Assembly: GCA_965370045.1 (NCBI GenBank)
Contig: CBDUSI010000004.1
Span: forward strand, 4,787 to 68,786
DNA: 64,000 nucleotides
Reading direction: 5' to 3'
Source of the DNA: an uncultured bacterium
Lineage (GTDB): Bacteria; Planctomycetota; SZUA-567; JAKLDR01
The translations under genes and the position numbers were made by a program. The notes beneath the pieces are model-generated. The model did no database searches, was not told where the DNA came from, and saw only the letters and a list, made by a program, of their open reading frames with translations. Shown here piece by piece: positions 9,406 to 18,436 of this stretch (its first letter is position 1; the number at the start of each line of letters is the position of its first letter).

Positions 9406-10632
9406 ATGGCGCAGGGGAGGACACCGGTGGAAAAGGAAGACCGCCAGGACGTTCAGGAGCAGCCCCCGGAAGTCGAGGACGGGACCCCGGAGAGCAGCGA
9501 GGCGGACGCCGCGGAAGGCGCCGCTTCCTCCGAGCAAGCTGAGGAGGTTACTGCCGTGGAAGAGAAGGCCAAAGAGAAAGTCGCCGCTAAAGCCAAGGAT
9601 GCCCCCAGCAAGGCCTCCGCCGGGGGGGGCGAGGACGAGCTGGCCATGGGCCGGGGGTTGGACATCGGCACCTGCAACCTGGTCAGCGCCGCGCAGCGCA
9701 CCAGCGACGAGACCCTGACCTACCGCTCGCTGCGCAACGCCTTCCTCGACGTGGACATCAACGATTTCACCAAGAAGATGCTCACCAAGCTGGGCGTGCA
9801 GTACGTTATGCACAACCGGCGCATGTACGTGCTGGGCTCGCCGGCCTTCGAGCTGGCCAACATCTTCAACCGCGATACGCGGCGGCCGATGTCCTCCGGG
9901 CTAATCTCCCCCAACGAGGCCGACGCGCTGCCCATCATCCGCCTGCTGATCACCCAGGTGCTGGGCGCGCCGGCCCGCGAGAACGAGCTCTGCTTCTACT
10001 CCATCCCCGGCGAGCCGGTCGACTCGCAGATGAACGTGGTCTATCACCGCGACATCTTCGACGGGTTGCTGCGCAAGCTGGGCTTCCAGCCGCAGCCCAT
10101 GGCCGAGGGTCACGCGCTGGTCTTCGCGGAGCTGGCCGACGACGACTTCACCGGCATCGGCATCTCCTGCGGCGCGGGCATGTTCAACATCTGCGTGGCT
10201 TACAAGACCGTGCCCGCGGTGGTCTTCTCCACCAGCCGGGGCGGCGACTGGGTGGACAACAACGCGGCCATGGTCCTGGGCATGAAGGGCCCCCGGGTCA
10301 CGGCCATCAAGGAGAAGGGCATTGACCTCATGCATCCCAAGAACCGGGAGGAAGAGGCCATCGTCATCTACTACCGGAACCTGATCAACTACACGCTGGT
10401 CAACATCAAGCAGCGCTTCGAGTCCGCCGATGGCGTGCCCACCTTCCCGGACGCGGTGGACATCGTCTGCTCCGGCGGCACCAGCAAGCCCACGGGCTTC
10501 ATTGACCTCTTCACGGAGGAGTTCAAGCGCATCGAGTTCCCGCTGGAGGTCAAGAAGATCCGGCTGGCCGCGGAGCCCCTTAACGCGGTGGCCCAGGGCT
10601 GTCTGGTGGCGGCCATGAGCGGAATGGAGTAG
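9406..10632 (+). CDS. Actin-fold (ASKHA) ATPase, salactin/volactin-like
   Basis: Phosphate-1 GLDIGTCNLV, connect-1 MAEGHA, phosphate-2 GISCGAGMFNI, RGGDWVD, adenosine loop VCSGGTS, connect-2 EPLNAVAQG. The ATG directly abuts the upstream TAG. Alternative start at ATG 9646. Confidence 0.8.
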   Translation: MAQGRTPVEKEDRQDVQEQPPEVEDGTPESSEADAAEGAASSEQAEEVTAVEEKAKEKVAAKAKDAPSKASAGGGEDELAMGRGLDIGTCNLVSAAQRTSDETLTYRSLRNAFLDVDINDFTKKMLTKLGVQYVMHNRRMYVLGSPAFELANIFNRDTRRPMSSGLISPNEADALPIIRLLITQVLGAPARENELCFYSIPGEPVDSQMNVVYHRDIFDGLLRKLGFQPQPMAEGHALVFAELADDDFTGIGISCGAGMFNICVAYKTVPAVVFSTSRGGDWVDNNAAMVLGMKGPRVTAIKEKGIDLMHPKNREEEAIVIYYRNLINYTLVNIKQRFESADGVPTFPDAVDIVCSGGTSKPTGFIDLFTEEFKRIEFPLEVKKIRLAAEPLNAVAQGCLVAAMSGME

Positions 10633-10670
10633 CGCTCGCGGATCTTTCCGCTTTGGATTCAGGGACACAC

Positions 10671-10696
10671 CGGCGGCGGCCAGCGGGCCGCCGCCG
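10671..10696 (+). terminator. Probable terminator hairpin after the actin-like gene
   Basis: Perfect 11-bp stem CGGCGGCGGCC-AGCG-GGCCGCCGCCG followed by cgctttgct. Confidence 0.5.
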
Positions 10697-10789
10697 CGCT
10701 TTGCTCCCCGAATGTCTCTTGCGAAACGGCTCCGTTCGGGCTATCCTCCGGCTTCCAGGACAGAAGCGGTTTTCCGCGGAGAGCGAGGA

Positions 10790-11827
10790 ATGAGCGAGTC
10801 TGAGAGCGCCGCCCCCCTGCGACTGGCCGTCGCCGGTCTGGGCGGGTGGGGCAAGAATGTCCTGCGGGCCTTCTCGGGGGTCTCCGGCGCCGGGGTGGCG
10901 TGCGTGTGCGACGTGAGCTCCAAAGCGTTGGAGGCCGCAACTCGCAACTGCCCGGGGGCGGAGCCCACCGCGAGTTACGACGAGGTGCTGGCGGACCCGG
11001 CCATCGACGCCGTGGTCCTGGCCACACCTGCGCCGACCCACGCGGAGATGGGCGCCAAGGCCCTGTCCGCCGGCAAACACGTCTACGTCGAGAAGCCCAT
11101 GAGCCTGCGGGCCTCCGAGGCCCGCGAACTGGTGTCACTTGCCGGCGAAAAGAACCTTCGGCTGATGGTCGGGCACCTGCTGGAGTATCATCCGGCGGTG
11201 GGCGTCCTCAAGGAACTGGTGAGCGGCGGCGAGATCGGTGATATCCACTACATGTACTGCGAACGGATCAACCTGGGGGTGGTGCGCCGGGACGAGAACG
11301 CGCTGTGGTCGCTGGCCCCTCACGATGTCTCGATTATCTTGTACCTCTTCGGCGCCGAACCGGAAAGCGTCTCCGCGCGTGGCACCTGCTGCCTGCAGGA
11401 GGGCGTGGAGGACGTGGTCTTCACGAACCTGCGCTTCGCCGACGGGCGCATGGCCCAGATTCACAACTCCTGGCTCGATCCCCACAAGAAACGGCGCATG
11501 GTGGTGGTCGGCTCGCGGAAGATGGCGGTCTTCGACGACATGAGCGCCACCGAGAAGATCCGCGTCTACGACAAAGGCGCGGAGGTCAAGCGCGGGGCCA
11601 CCGACGCCATCGAGGCCATCAGCGTGCGCCACGGGGAAATCCGCATCCCGCTGGTCCCTTCCGCCGAGCCCCTGCGCATCGAGGCCCAGCACTTCGTGGA
11701 CTGCGTGCGCGAGGGCCGTACCCCGCGCAGCGACGGCCGCTCCGGCTTGCGGGTGGTCAACGTGCTGGCGGGGGCCACGGAATCCCTGAAGCAGGACGGG
11801 GCCCCGGTGAGGATCGCGGACCTGTGA
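10790..11827 (+). CDS. Gfo/Idh/MocA oxidoreductase (WlbA/WbpB-like)
   Basis: GLGGWG Rossmann motif, HVYVEKPM, MVGHLLEYHP. SD GAGGA before ATG 10790. Adjacent to WlbB- and WlbC-like genes. Confidence 0.85.
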   Translation: MSESESAAPLRLAVAGLGGWGKNVLRAFSGVSGAGVACVCDVSSKALEAATRNCPGAEPTASYDEVLADPAIDAVVLATPAPTHAEMGAKALSAGKHVYVEKPMSLRASEARELVSLAGEKNLRLMVGHLLEYHPAVGVLKELVSGGEIGDIHYMYCERINLGVVRRDENALWSLAPHDVSIILYLFGAEPESVSARGTCCLQEGVEDVVFTNLRFADGRMAQIHNSWLDPHKKRRMVVVGSRKMAVFDDMSATEKIRVYDKGAEVKRGATDAIEAISVRHGEIRIPLVPSAEPLRIEAQHFVDCVREGRTPRSDGRSGLRVVNVLAGATESLKQDGAPVRIADL

Positions 11828-12408
11828 GCGGGAAACCCCCTTTCGTGCACGAATCCAGCTACGTTGACGACGGCGCAGAGGTGGGCAGCGGCACCAAGGT
11901 ATGGCATTTCTCGCACGTCATGGCCGGCGCGAAAGTCGGTGAGCGCTGCGTCATCGGTCAGAACGTGAACATTGGCTCGGGCGCGGTCCTGGGGAGCAAC
12001 GTCAAGGTCCAGAACAACGTCAGCATCTACGATGACGTGGAGATCGAGGACGACGTCTTCTGCGGCCCCTCGATGGTATTCACCAACGTGCTTACCCCCC
12101 GCGCGCACGTGAGCCGCAAGAGCGAATACGGCCGCACGCTGGTGCGCCGCGGGGCGACGCTCGGCGCCAACTGCACTGTGGTCTGCGGCAACCAGATTGG
12201 CCGCTACGCGATGGTCGGCGCCGGCGCGGTGGTCACCAGGGACGTTGCCGATTACGCCCTGGTGGTGGGCAATCCCGCGCGAGGGATCGGCTGGGTCTGC
12301 AATTGCGGCGAGCGCATTGTCTTCGACGCTGGCGCGGCTGCCTGCGCGCGCTGCGGCAAGAAGTACCGCCAGAAGAGCGAGACGGAAATCGAGGAGAACA
12401 ATGGCTGA
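11824..12408 (+). CDS. Hexapeptide-repeat N-acetyltransferase (WlbB/WbpD-like)
   Basis: [56 protein letters not shown] overlap with the upstream gene. Confidence 0.9.
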   Translation: MSGKPPFVHESSYVDDGAEVGSGTKVWHFSHVMAGAKVGERCVIGQNVNIGSGAVLGSNVKVQNNVSIYDDVEIEDDVFCGPSMVFTNVLTPRAHVSRKSEYGRTLVRRGATLGANCTVVCGNQIGRYAMVGAGAVVTRDVADYALVVGNPARGIGWVCNCGERIVFDAGAAACARCGKKYRQKSETEIEENNG

Positions 12409-13522
12409 GAGCGCGAGCGGCGTCCCGCTTCTGGACCTCAAGGCCCAGTACGCGACGATCAAAGAGGAAGTCAAGGCCGCCATCGAGGGAGTGCTGGAAA
12501 GCCAGCGTTTCATCGGCGGCCCGGAGATCGAGGGGCTGGAGTCGGAGCTCGCCGGGTACTCCGGCTGCGAGTGCGGAATAGGAGTGACGTCGGGAACCGA
12601 CGCGCTGCTCCTCTCGCTGATGGCTTTGGGCGTGGGGCCCGGTGACGAGGTAATCACCACGCCCTTCACGTTCTTCGCGACCGCGGGCTGCGTCTCCCGC
12701 CTGGGGGCCAAGCCGGTTTTCGTGGACATCGAGCCGGGCGGGTTCAACATCGATCCGGCCAAAGTCGAAGCGGCGGTCACTGACAGGACCAAGGCGATCA
12801 TCCCCGTGCACCTCTTCGGCCAGTGCGCGGAGATGGACCCCATACTGGAGATTGCGAAGAAGCGCAAGTTCCTGGTGATCGAGGACGCCGCCCAGGCCAT
12901 CGGCTCGGAGTACAAGGGCCGGCGCGCCGGAGCCATGGGCACCGTCGGCTGCTTCAGCTTCTTTCCCTCCAAGAACCTGGGTGGGTTCGGCGACGGGGGC
13001 ATGATCACCACCAACGACCAGGAGCTTGCCGCGAAGCTCAAGATGCTCCGCAATCACGGCGCGAAACCCAAGTACTACCACGCGCTGGTCGGCGGGAACT
13101 TCAGGCTGGACGCCATCCAGGCCGCGATCCTGCGCGTGAAGCTCAAGCACCTCGACGACTGGAGCGCCGCACGACAGCGGAACGCCGCGCGTTACCGCGA
13201 GCTCTTCGCGGGCATGGATGCAGTCAAGTGCCCCGCCGAGCTTCCCGAACGGCGGCACATATATAACCAGTTCTCGATCCGCGTCCCGCGCCGCGACGAG
13301 CTTCGGGCCTATCTCGCCGAAAGGAAGATAGGCTGCGAGATCTACTACCCGGTGCCGCTACACGTTCAGGAGTGCTTCGCGGACCTGGGCTACGCAAAGG
13401 GCGACATGCCCGAGAGCGAGCGGGCCGCCGCCGAAGTCCTGGCCCTGCCGGTCTATCCGGAGTTGACCGGGGAGCAACAGGGCGTGGTGGTCGACGCGAT
13501 TGCTGGATTTCTGAGCCACTAA
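12401..13522 (+). CDS. DegT/DnrJ/EryC1/StrS aminotransferase (WlbC/WbpE-like)
   Basis: [51 protein letters not shown]. Confidence 0.92.
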   Translation: MAESASGVPLLDLKAQYATIKEEVKAAIEGVLESQRFIGGPEIEGLESELAGYSGCECGIGVTSGTDALLLSLMALGVGPGDEVITTPFTFFATAGCVSRLGAKPVFVDIEPGGFNIDPAKVEAAVTDRTKAIIPVHLFGQCAEMDPILEIAKKRKFLVIEDAAQAIGSEYKGRRAGAMGTVGCFSFFPSKNLGGFGDGGMITTNDQELAAKLKMLRNHGAKPKYYHALVGGNFRLDAIQAAILRVKLKHLDDWSAARQRNAARYRELFAGMDAVKCPAELPERRHIYNQFSIRVPRRDELRAYLAERKIGCEIYYPVPLHVQECFADLGYAKGDMPESERAAAEVLALPVYPELTGEQQGVVVDAIAGFLSH

Positions 13523-13549
13523 GCGCCCCGGCATTCACGGAGAGCTTCG

Positions 13550-14596
13550 ATGAAGGGATGGCAGATAGCACTGCTGGTCGTGGGCTGTTCGGCGCTGGCC
13601 GGCACGGGCGTCTATTTCGCGGTCAGGAAAGACCCAGCCGCGGAGCCGCGCACCGAATCCGACGCCAAGGGCAATGGGGAAGCCTCCACCGCGAAGACGC
13701 CCAAGGGCTCCCCGCCCGCGCCGGTGCTTACCGGCAGGAAGGGCAAGACTTACCGCCACGTGGCCGGGTTCACGTTCTGGTACCCGGACGGGTGGACGGT
13801 CAAGGAGAATGGCGACGCCCTGGAGATCGCCCCGGTTGCCGGAAGGAAGACGGCCGAGGGCCCGGCGATGGTCTACGCCATCATCGGCGACAGCGTTGCC
13901 GGCCAGGGCATCAGCACGGGCGCCGACCCGCGCGTCGCCGCCTACCTGGACAAGGCGATGTTCCAGATTTCCAGAGCAACGCAATGCACGCTGAGCCGCG
14001 GCCGGGGCACCACCACCGTGAAGATGAGTTCCGGGCAGGGCGCCCTGTACGAGTGGAACGGGACTGATCATAAGCGGCAGGCGGTCCAGGTGCGGGCCTA
14101 CGCCTGCGTCCTGAAGGGCTGGGGAATCGCCCTGCTGGCTATTGGCCGCAAGGCAGGGGTGGAGGCCGCTGACCCGCGGACCCGCAAGATATTTGCCTCC
14201 TTCAACGTCGGTGCGGGACAGAAGGACGCCGCGCTGGCGGGTTCATGGCGGCTGCGCTCCACGTATTCGCTGCGCAACGAGTCGCCCTTCGAAACCGACT
14301 GGTCACGGGCGCAAATGGTTTCGGAATCGCAGAGCTACCTGCGCTTCAACGCAGACGGCACCTGGAAGCGCCTCGACAAGCACCACATGCTGGTCGGCGC
14401 CGGCGGGGTCTGGCTCGAGAGCAAGGAAGACAAGACCAGCGAAGGCACCTGGAACGCCGGGGACGGGACGCTGTTCATGTTGTGGAAGGACGGCTCTTGG
14501 AACGACTTCAAGTATCGCGTTGGCGGCGCGGGTGCCGCTCGCCGCCTGCGCCTGGTATCCGGCAAGCGCGGGGAAGTCTGGGCCCCGGCGAAGTAG
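13550..14596 (+). CDS. Membrane-anchored hypothetical protein (beta-rich; possible PsbP-like and lipocalin-like domains)
   Basis: N-terminal TM segment, FTFWYPDGWTVKE, C-terminal GSWRL...LRFNADGTW...EGTWNA pattern. Confidence 0.65.
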   Translation: MKGWQIALLVVGCSALAGTGVYFAVRKDPAAEPRTESDAKGNGEASTAKTPKGSPPAPVLTGRKGKTYRHVAGFTFWYPDGWTVKENGDALEIAPVAGRKTAEGPAMVYAIIGDSVAGQGISTGADPRVAAYLDKAMFQISRATQCTLSRGRGTTTVKMSSGQGALYEWNGTDHKRQAVQVRAYACVLKGWGIALLAIGRKAGVEAADPRTRKIFASFNVGAGQKDAALAGSWRLRSTYSLRNESPFETDWSRAQMVSESQSYLRFNADGTWKRLDKHHMLVGAGGVWLESKEDKTSEGTWNAGDGTLFMLWKDGSWNDFKYRVGGAGAARRLRLVSGKRGEVWAPAK

Positions 14597-14646
14597 ACAC
14601 CGAACGGTGCACAGCCGTCAGCGCTGCTCCTGGATCAGGAATTGCC

Positions 14647-14675
14647 TTGACGAGCGCAGGTGCGCTTTCTATGGT
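14647..14675 (+). promoter_or_regulatory. Putative sigma70 promoter with a palindrome in the spacer
   Basis: TTGACG-17 nt-TATGGT. The spacer contains AGCGCA-GG-TGCGCT. Confidence 0.5.
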
Positions 14676-14716
14676 GGGTTCGGGGGGAGAGCAAAGCGGG
14701 AGACGTATCCGCCGCC

Positions 14717-16066
14717 GTGAGAGCGATAAGGCTTCCTCATATCGTCCTGGCCGGGCTGGTGGCCCTGGCGGTGACCATCGCGGTCGCCGAGCTCTGGATG
14801 TACCGCACGCCGGCCCGCTCCGACGGCCGGGTGGAGATCACCTACTGGGAGAAGTGGAGCGGGTTCGAGTTCGACGCCATCCGCAGCGCGGTGGACGCCT
14901 ATAACGACGGGCAGGGCGGGAAGGACGGCGTCTATGTCCACTTGGTCAACGTCTCCCAGGTGGATCGCAAGACCATGCTGGCCATTGCCGGGGGGAATCC
15001 TCCCGACCTGGCCGGCAACTGGGCCATACACGTTGCGCCCTTCGCCGAGAAGAAGGCGCTGACCTGCCTGGACGGCTTCATCGCGCGCGACAAGTTTCCG
15101 CTGGAGGACTACGTCCCGCCATATTTGGAAACGTGCCGCTACGCAAAGAAGCTCTGGGCCCTGCCCATCGTGCCAGCGACCACGGCGCTTTTCTACAATC
15201 GCAAGATGTTCCGCGAGGCGGGATTGACGCGCCCGCCGCGGACCATTCAGGAGCTTGACGAGTTCGCCCGCAAGATCGACAAGTTCGACGAAGACGGCAA
15301 ACTGCTGCGCATGGGCTTCCTGCACACCGAACCGGGCTGGTGGAAGTGGTCATGGGGCTACTACTTCGGCGGGCGCATCACCGACGGGAACGGCAAGGTG
15401 CTGCCCGACCCGGCGCCCTGGGTCAAGTCCCTGGAGTGGGCGGGCCGCTACGCGGAGCACTACGGGCGCGACAAGCTGGGCAACATCAAGAGCGGCTTCG
15501 GGGATTTCGACTCGCCGCAGAACGCCTTCATAGCCGGCAAGGTGGGCATGGTCATCCAGGGCGTGTGGATGCCCAACTTCATCAACCGCTACAACCGCGG
15601 GCTGGAGTACGGCGTGGCTCCCTTCCCGTCCGAGAAGCCGCTGCCGGAGGGGCACCCCGTCACCCAGGTGGAGACCGACGTGATCACCATGCCCGCGGGC
15701 TGCCCGCATCCCGAGGAGGCCTGGAAGTTCATGAAGTGGCTGGCCGGGCCGGAGGGCGCGGGGATACTCTGCCTGGGGCAGGGCAAGCACACCTGCCTCC
15801 GAGACTTGCCGGAAGACTTCAAGAAGAAGAACCCCAACCCGCACATCGGATTCTTTCACAAGCTGGCTTTCAGCCGCAACGCCTACGTCTGCGGACGTTT
15901 CCCTATTTACTCGGAGTTCCGCCGGGAGATGGGCAACGCCTTCGACCGGGTATGGCAGAGCGAGGAGGTCGCGCCCAAGGACGCCATCAGGAACGCCCAG
16001 AAGCGGATCCAGGAGGCCCTGGACCGGAACTTTCGCAGGACCGAGCGCAGGCCGCCGGCGCAGTAG
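14717..16066 (+). CDS. Sugar ABC transporter substrate-binding protein
   Basis: N-terminal TM anchor, EITYWEKWSG, AGGNPPDL, ALFYNRKMFREAGL, FIAGKVGMVIQGVW. Start codon uncertain (GTG 14717 chosen). Confidence 0.85.
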   Translation: MRAIRLPHIVLAGLVALAVTIAVAELWMYRTPARSDGRVEITYWEKWSGFEFDAIRSAVDAYNDGQGGKDGVYVHLVNVSQVDRKTMLAIAGGNPPDLAGNWAIHVAPFAEKKALTCLDGFIARDKFPLEDYVPPYLETCRYAKKLWALPIVPATTALFYNRKMFREAGLTRPPRTIQELDEFARKIDKFDEDGKLLRMGFLHTEPGWWKWSWGYYFGGRITDGNGKVLPDPAPWVKSLEWAGRYAEHYGRDKLGNIKSGFGDFDSPQNAFIAGKVGMVIQGVWMPNFINRYNRGLEYGVAPFPSEKPLPEGHPVTQVETDVITMPAGCPHPEEAWKFMKWLAGPEGAGILCLGQGKHTCLRDLPEDFKKKNPNPHIGFFHKLAFSRNAYVCGRFPIYSEFRREMGNAFDRVWQSEEVAPKDAIRNAQKRIQEALDRNFRRTERRPPAQ

Positions 16067-16077
16067 GGGAGGGGAGT

Positions 16078-16986
16078 TTGAGCCGCCGCAAGAACCTCAT
16101 CGGGCTGCTCTTCGTCTCGCCGTGGCTCTTCGGCCTGGCGGTGCTGATCGCCTACCCGTTCCTGGCCTCGCTCTTCTACAGCTTCACCGATTACTCCGTG
16201 CTCCAGGACCCGCAATGGACCGGCGCTGAGAATATCACGACGCTGGCGGGAGACAGCGTCTTCTGGCAATCGCTCAAAGTGGTGCTGCTCTTCGCGCTCT
16301 TCTCCATACCGCTTGCGGTGGTGGCGGCCCTCTCGCTGGCCATCATGCTGTCAGCCGGCAAGCGGGGAGTGTCCGCCTACCGGGCCATCTACTACCTGCC
16401 GCAGCTGACGCCCACCGTGGTTGTGGCCATCCTGTGGGTGTGGCTCTTCAACGCCGATTTCGGGCTGGTCAACCACATCCTGCGCGTACCCCTGGACGCC
16501 ATCAACGCGATCTTCGGCTCGGAGCTGACGCCTCCCGGCTGGCTGGCCAGCTCCAAGTGGGCACTGTGGGCGCTGGTCTTCATGAGCGTGTGGCAGGTGG
16601 GGCAGATGACAGTGATTTACCTGGCCAAGATCCAGGACGTGTCCCAGGAGCTCTACGAGGCCGCGGAGTTGGACGGCGCCGGCTTCTGGAGCAAGCTGCG
16701 GCACGTCACCCTGCCGCAGATCTCCCCGATAATCCTCTTCAACGTGGTCATGGCCATCATCGGCGCCTTTCAGGTGTTCACCGAGCCGTACATCATGACT
16801 CAGGGAGGCCCGGCGCGGGCCACGCACTTCCTGTCGCTGTACATCTTCGAGCTGGCCTTCCTCGACTACCGCATGGGCTACGCCTGCGCCGTGGCCCTGG
16901 TGCTTTTCTTGGTGATCCTGGGACTCACGCTTCTGGCGCTGCGCATCGCGCGCGGGCGGGTGTATTATGCGAGCAAAGAAGGATAA
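16078..16986 (+). CDS. Carbohydrate ABC permease (MalF/UgpA-type)
   Basis: GLLFVSPWL, EAA loop LYEAAELDGAGFWSKLRHVTLP. TTG start after GGGGAG. Confidence 0.9.
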   Translation: MSRRKNLIGLLFVSPWLFGLAVLIAYPFLASLFYSFTDYSVLQDPQWTGAENITTLAGDSVFWQSLKVVLLFALFSIPLAVVAALSLAIMLSAGKRGVSAYRAIYYLPQLTPTVVVAILWVWLFNADFGLVNHILRVPLDAINAIFGSELTPPGWLASSKWALWALVFMSVWQVGQMTVIYLAKIQDVSQELYEAAELDGAGFWSKLRHVTLPQISPIILFNVVMAIIGAFQVFTEPYIMTQGGPARATHFLSLYIFELAFLDYRMGYACAVALVLFLVILGLTLLALRIARGRVYYASKEG

Positions 16987-18424
16987 GCTCGCCGAGCAGC
17001 TGCGCACCACCCGCCACGGGTGGGTGTTCCACTTCCCGCTGATAATCGGCGCGGCGGTGTTCCTGCTGCCCCTGGTCTGGATGCTGGCCATCAGCGTCAA
17101 GCCCCTGGACCAGACCATGGACCCCAGCTTCGATCCGCTGCCCCGGGCCTTTTACATCGAGACTGAGGACGGACGGAGGATACAGGTCTACCGCGAGAAG
17201 CTGTTGGCCGAGCGGCGCTCTTTGGTGAAAGTCACTCGGGCGGAATCCAAAGGTCTGACAGGTTCTACTCACTGGGTTTTGTCCAAGAACGTCGAGCTGG
17301 AAAAGGGGGTCGCCGAGCTTGATGACGGCCAGCTCGTTGAAACCGAAACGTACCGCACCCGCTTGGCAGATGGTGATCTGGTCGAAGTGGAGGTTTTGCG
17401 GGAGAAGGTGGTGGCCGAGCCGGGGTATTTGGTAAAGGTGGCCCGTGCTCAGTTCGGGCAACTGGAGGGCAGCACTCACTGGGTTCGCGCTGCGGACCTC
17501 GACGAAAAGGAAAAGGTCCTCAGTCTGAGCGATGGCCGAGAAGTCAGAGTCAAGGAAGCCCGCCTGGCAGATGGCCAATTAGTGGACGTAGAGGTGCTCC
17601 GTCGAGTCGAGGGGGAAAGCCCCCTCTGGCTGGTGCGCGAGTGGAAGGACGAGGACGTCGACACCAAGCTGGTCAGCGCGGTGCAGACCGATCCCGACCG
17701 TTATGTAGACTGCGTCAGGCCGGACCGGATCACCCGCTCGATCCGGCCGATGTGGCAGAACTATCCCACGGCCCTGCGGCGAATGAACTTCTGGAAGGCG
17801 CTCTTCAACACGCTGCTGGTCTGCGTCATGGGCGTGCTGGGGGTGACCACTGCCAGCGTACTGGTGGCCTACGGGCTGGCCTTCATCGACTTCAAGGGCC
17901 GCAAGCTGCTCTTTGTCGTGACCCTGGCCACCATGATGATCCCCTTCCCGGCGACGATGGTGCCGCTCTTCGGCCTGTTCAACAAGCTCGGCTGGGTGGG
18001 AAGCCTGAAGCCCCTGTGGGTGCCGGCCTGGTTCGGCTCGGCGTTCTTCATTTTCCTGCTGCGCCAGTTCTTCCTGGGGATCCCCAAAGACCTGTTGGAC
18101 TCCGCCCGGCTGGCGGGCGCCTCGGAGCTGCAGATACTCTGGCACGTGGTCCTGCCGCTCTCGCGGCCGGCGCTGGCCATGGTGGGCCTGTTCCACTTCC
18201 TGTACATGTGGAAGGACTTCATGGGCCCGCTGATCTACCTCAACGGCAAGGAGCGCTACACACTGTCACTGGCCCTGCAGAACTTCCACACCGAGCAGGG
18301 CGGCACTCCCTGGCACCTGATGATGGCCGCCAGCGTGGTCTTCTCGCTGCCGCTCATCGTGCTCTTCTTCCTGACCGTGAAGACCTTCATCCGTTCGATT
18401 ACCATGACCGGGCTCAAGGGATAA
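16967..18424 (+). CDS. Carbohydrate ABC permease (MalG/UgpE-type) with a large extracytoplasmic insert
   Basis: FLLPLVWMLAIS, EAA-like LLDSARLAGAS, MMAASVVFSLP. An extra ~180 aa lies after TM1. Confidence 0.9.
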   Translation: MRAKKDKLAEQLRTTRHGWVFHFPLIIGAAVFLLPLVWMLAISVKPLDQTMDPSFDPLPRAFYIETEDGRRIQVYREKLLAERRSLVKVTRAESKGLTGSTHWVLSKNVELEKGVAELDDGQLVETETYRTRLADGDLVEVEVLREKVVAEPGYLVKVARAQFGQLEGSTHWVRAADLDEKEKVLSLSDGREVRVKEARLADGQLVDVEVLRRVEGESPLWLVREWKDEDVDTKLVSAVQTDPDRYVDCVRPDRITRSIRPMWQNYPTALRRMNFWKALFNTLLVCVMGVLGVTTASVLVAYGLAFIDFKGRKLLFVVTLATMMIPFPATMVPLFGLFNKLGWVGSLKPLWVPAWFGSAFFIFLLRQFFLGIPKDLLDSARLAGASELQILWHVVLPLSRPALAMVGLFHFLYMWKDFMGPLIYLNGKERYTLSLALQNFHTEQGGTPWHLMMAASVVFSLPLIVLFFLTVKTFIRSITMTGLKG

Positions 18425-18436
18425 AGAGGTAGAGAA

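Noticed and set aside
7798-9813. 671-aa minus-strand ORF
   Set aside because: Antisense shadow of the coiled-coil and actin genes, typical of high-GC DNA. No motifs.
9406-10632. Calling the actin-like gene mreB, ftsA or mamK
   Set aside because: The motif details differ and mreCD, ftsZ and mam genes are not adjacent, so no symbol was assigned.
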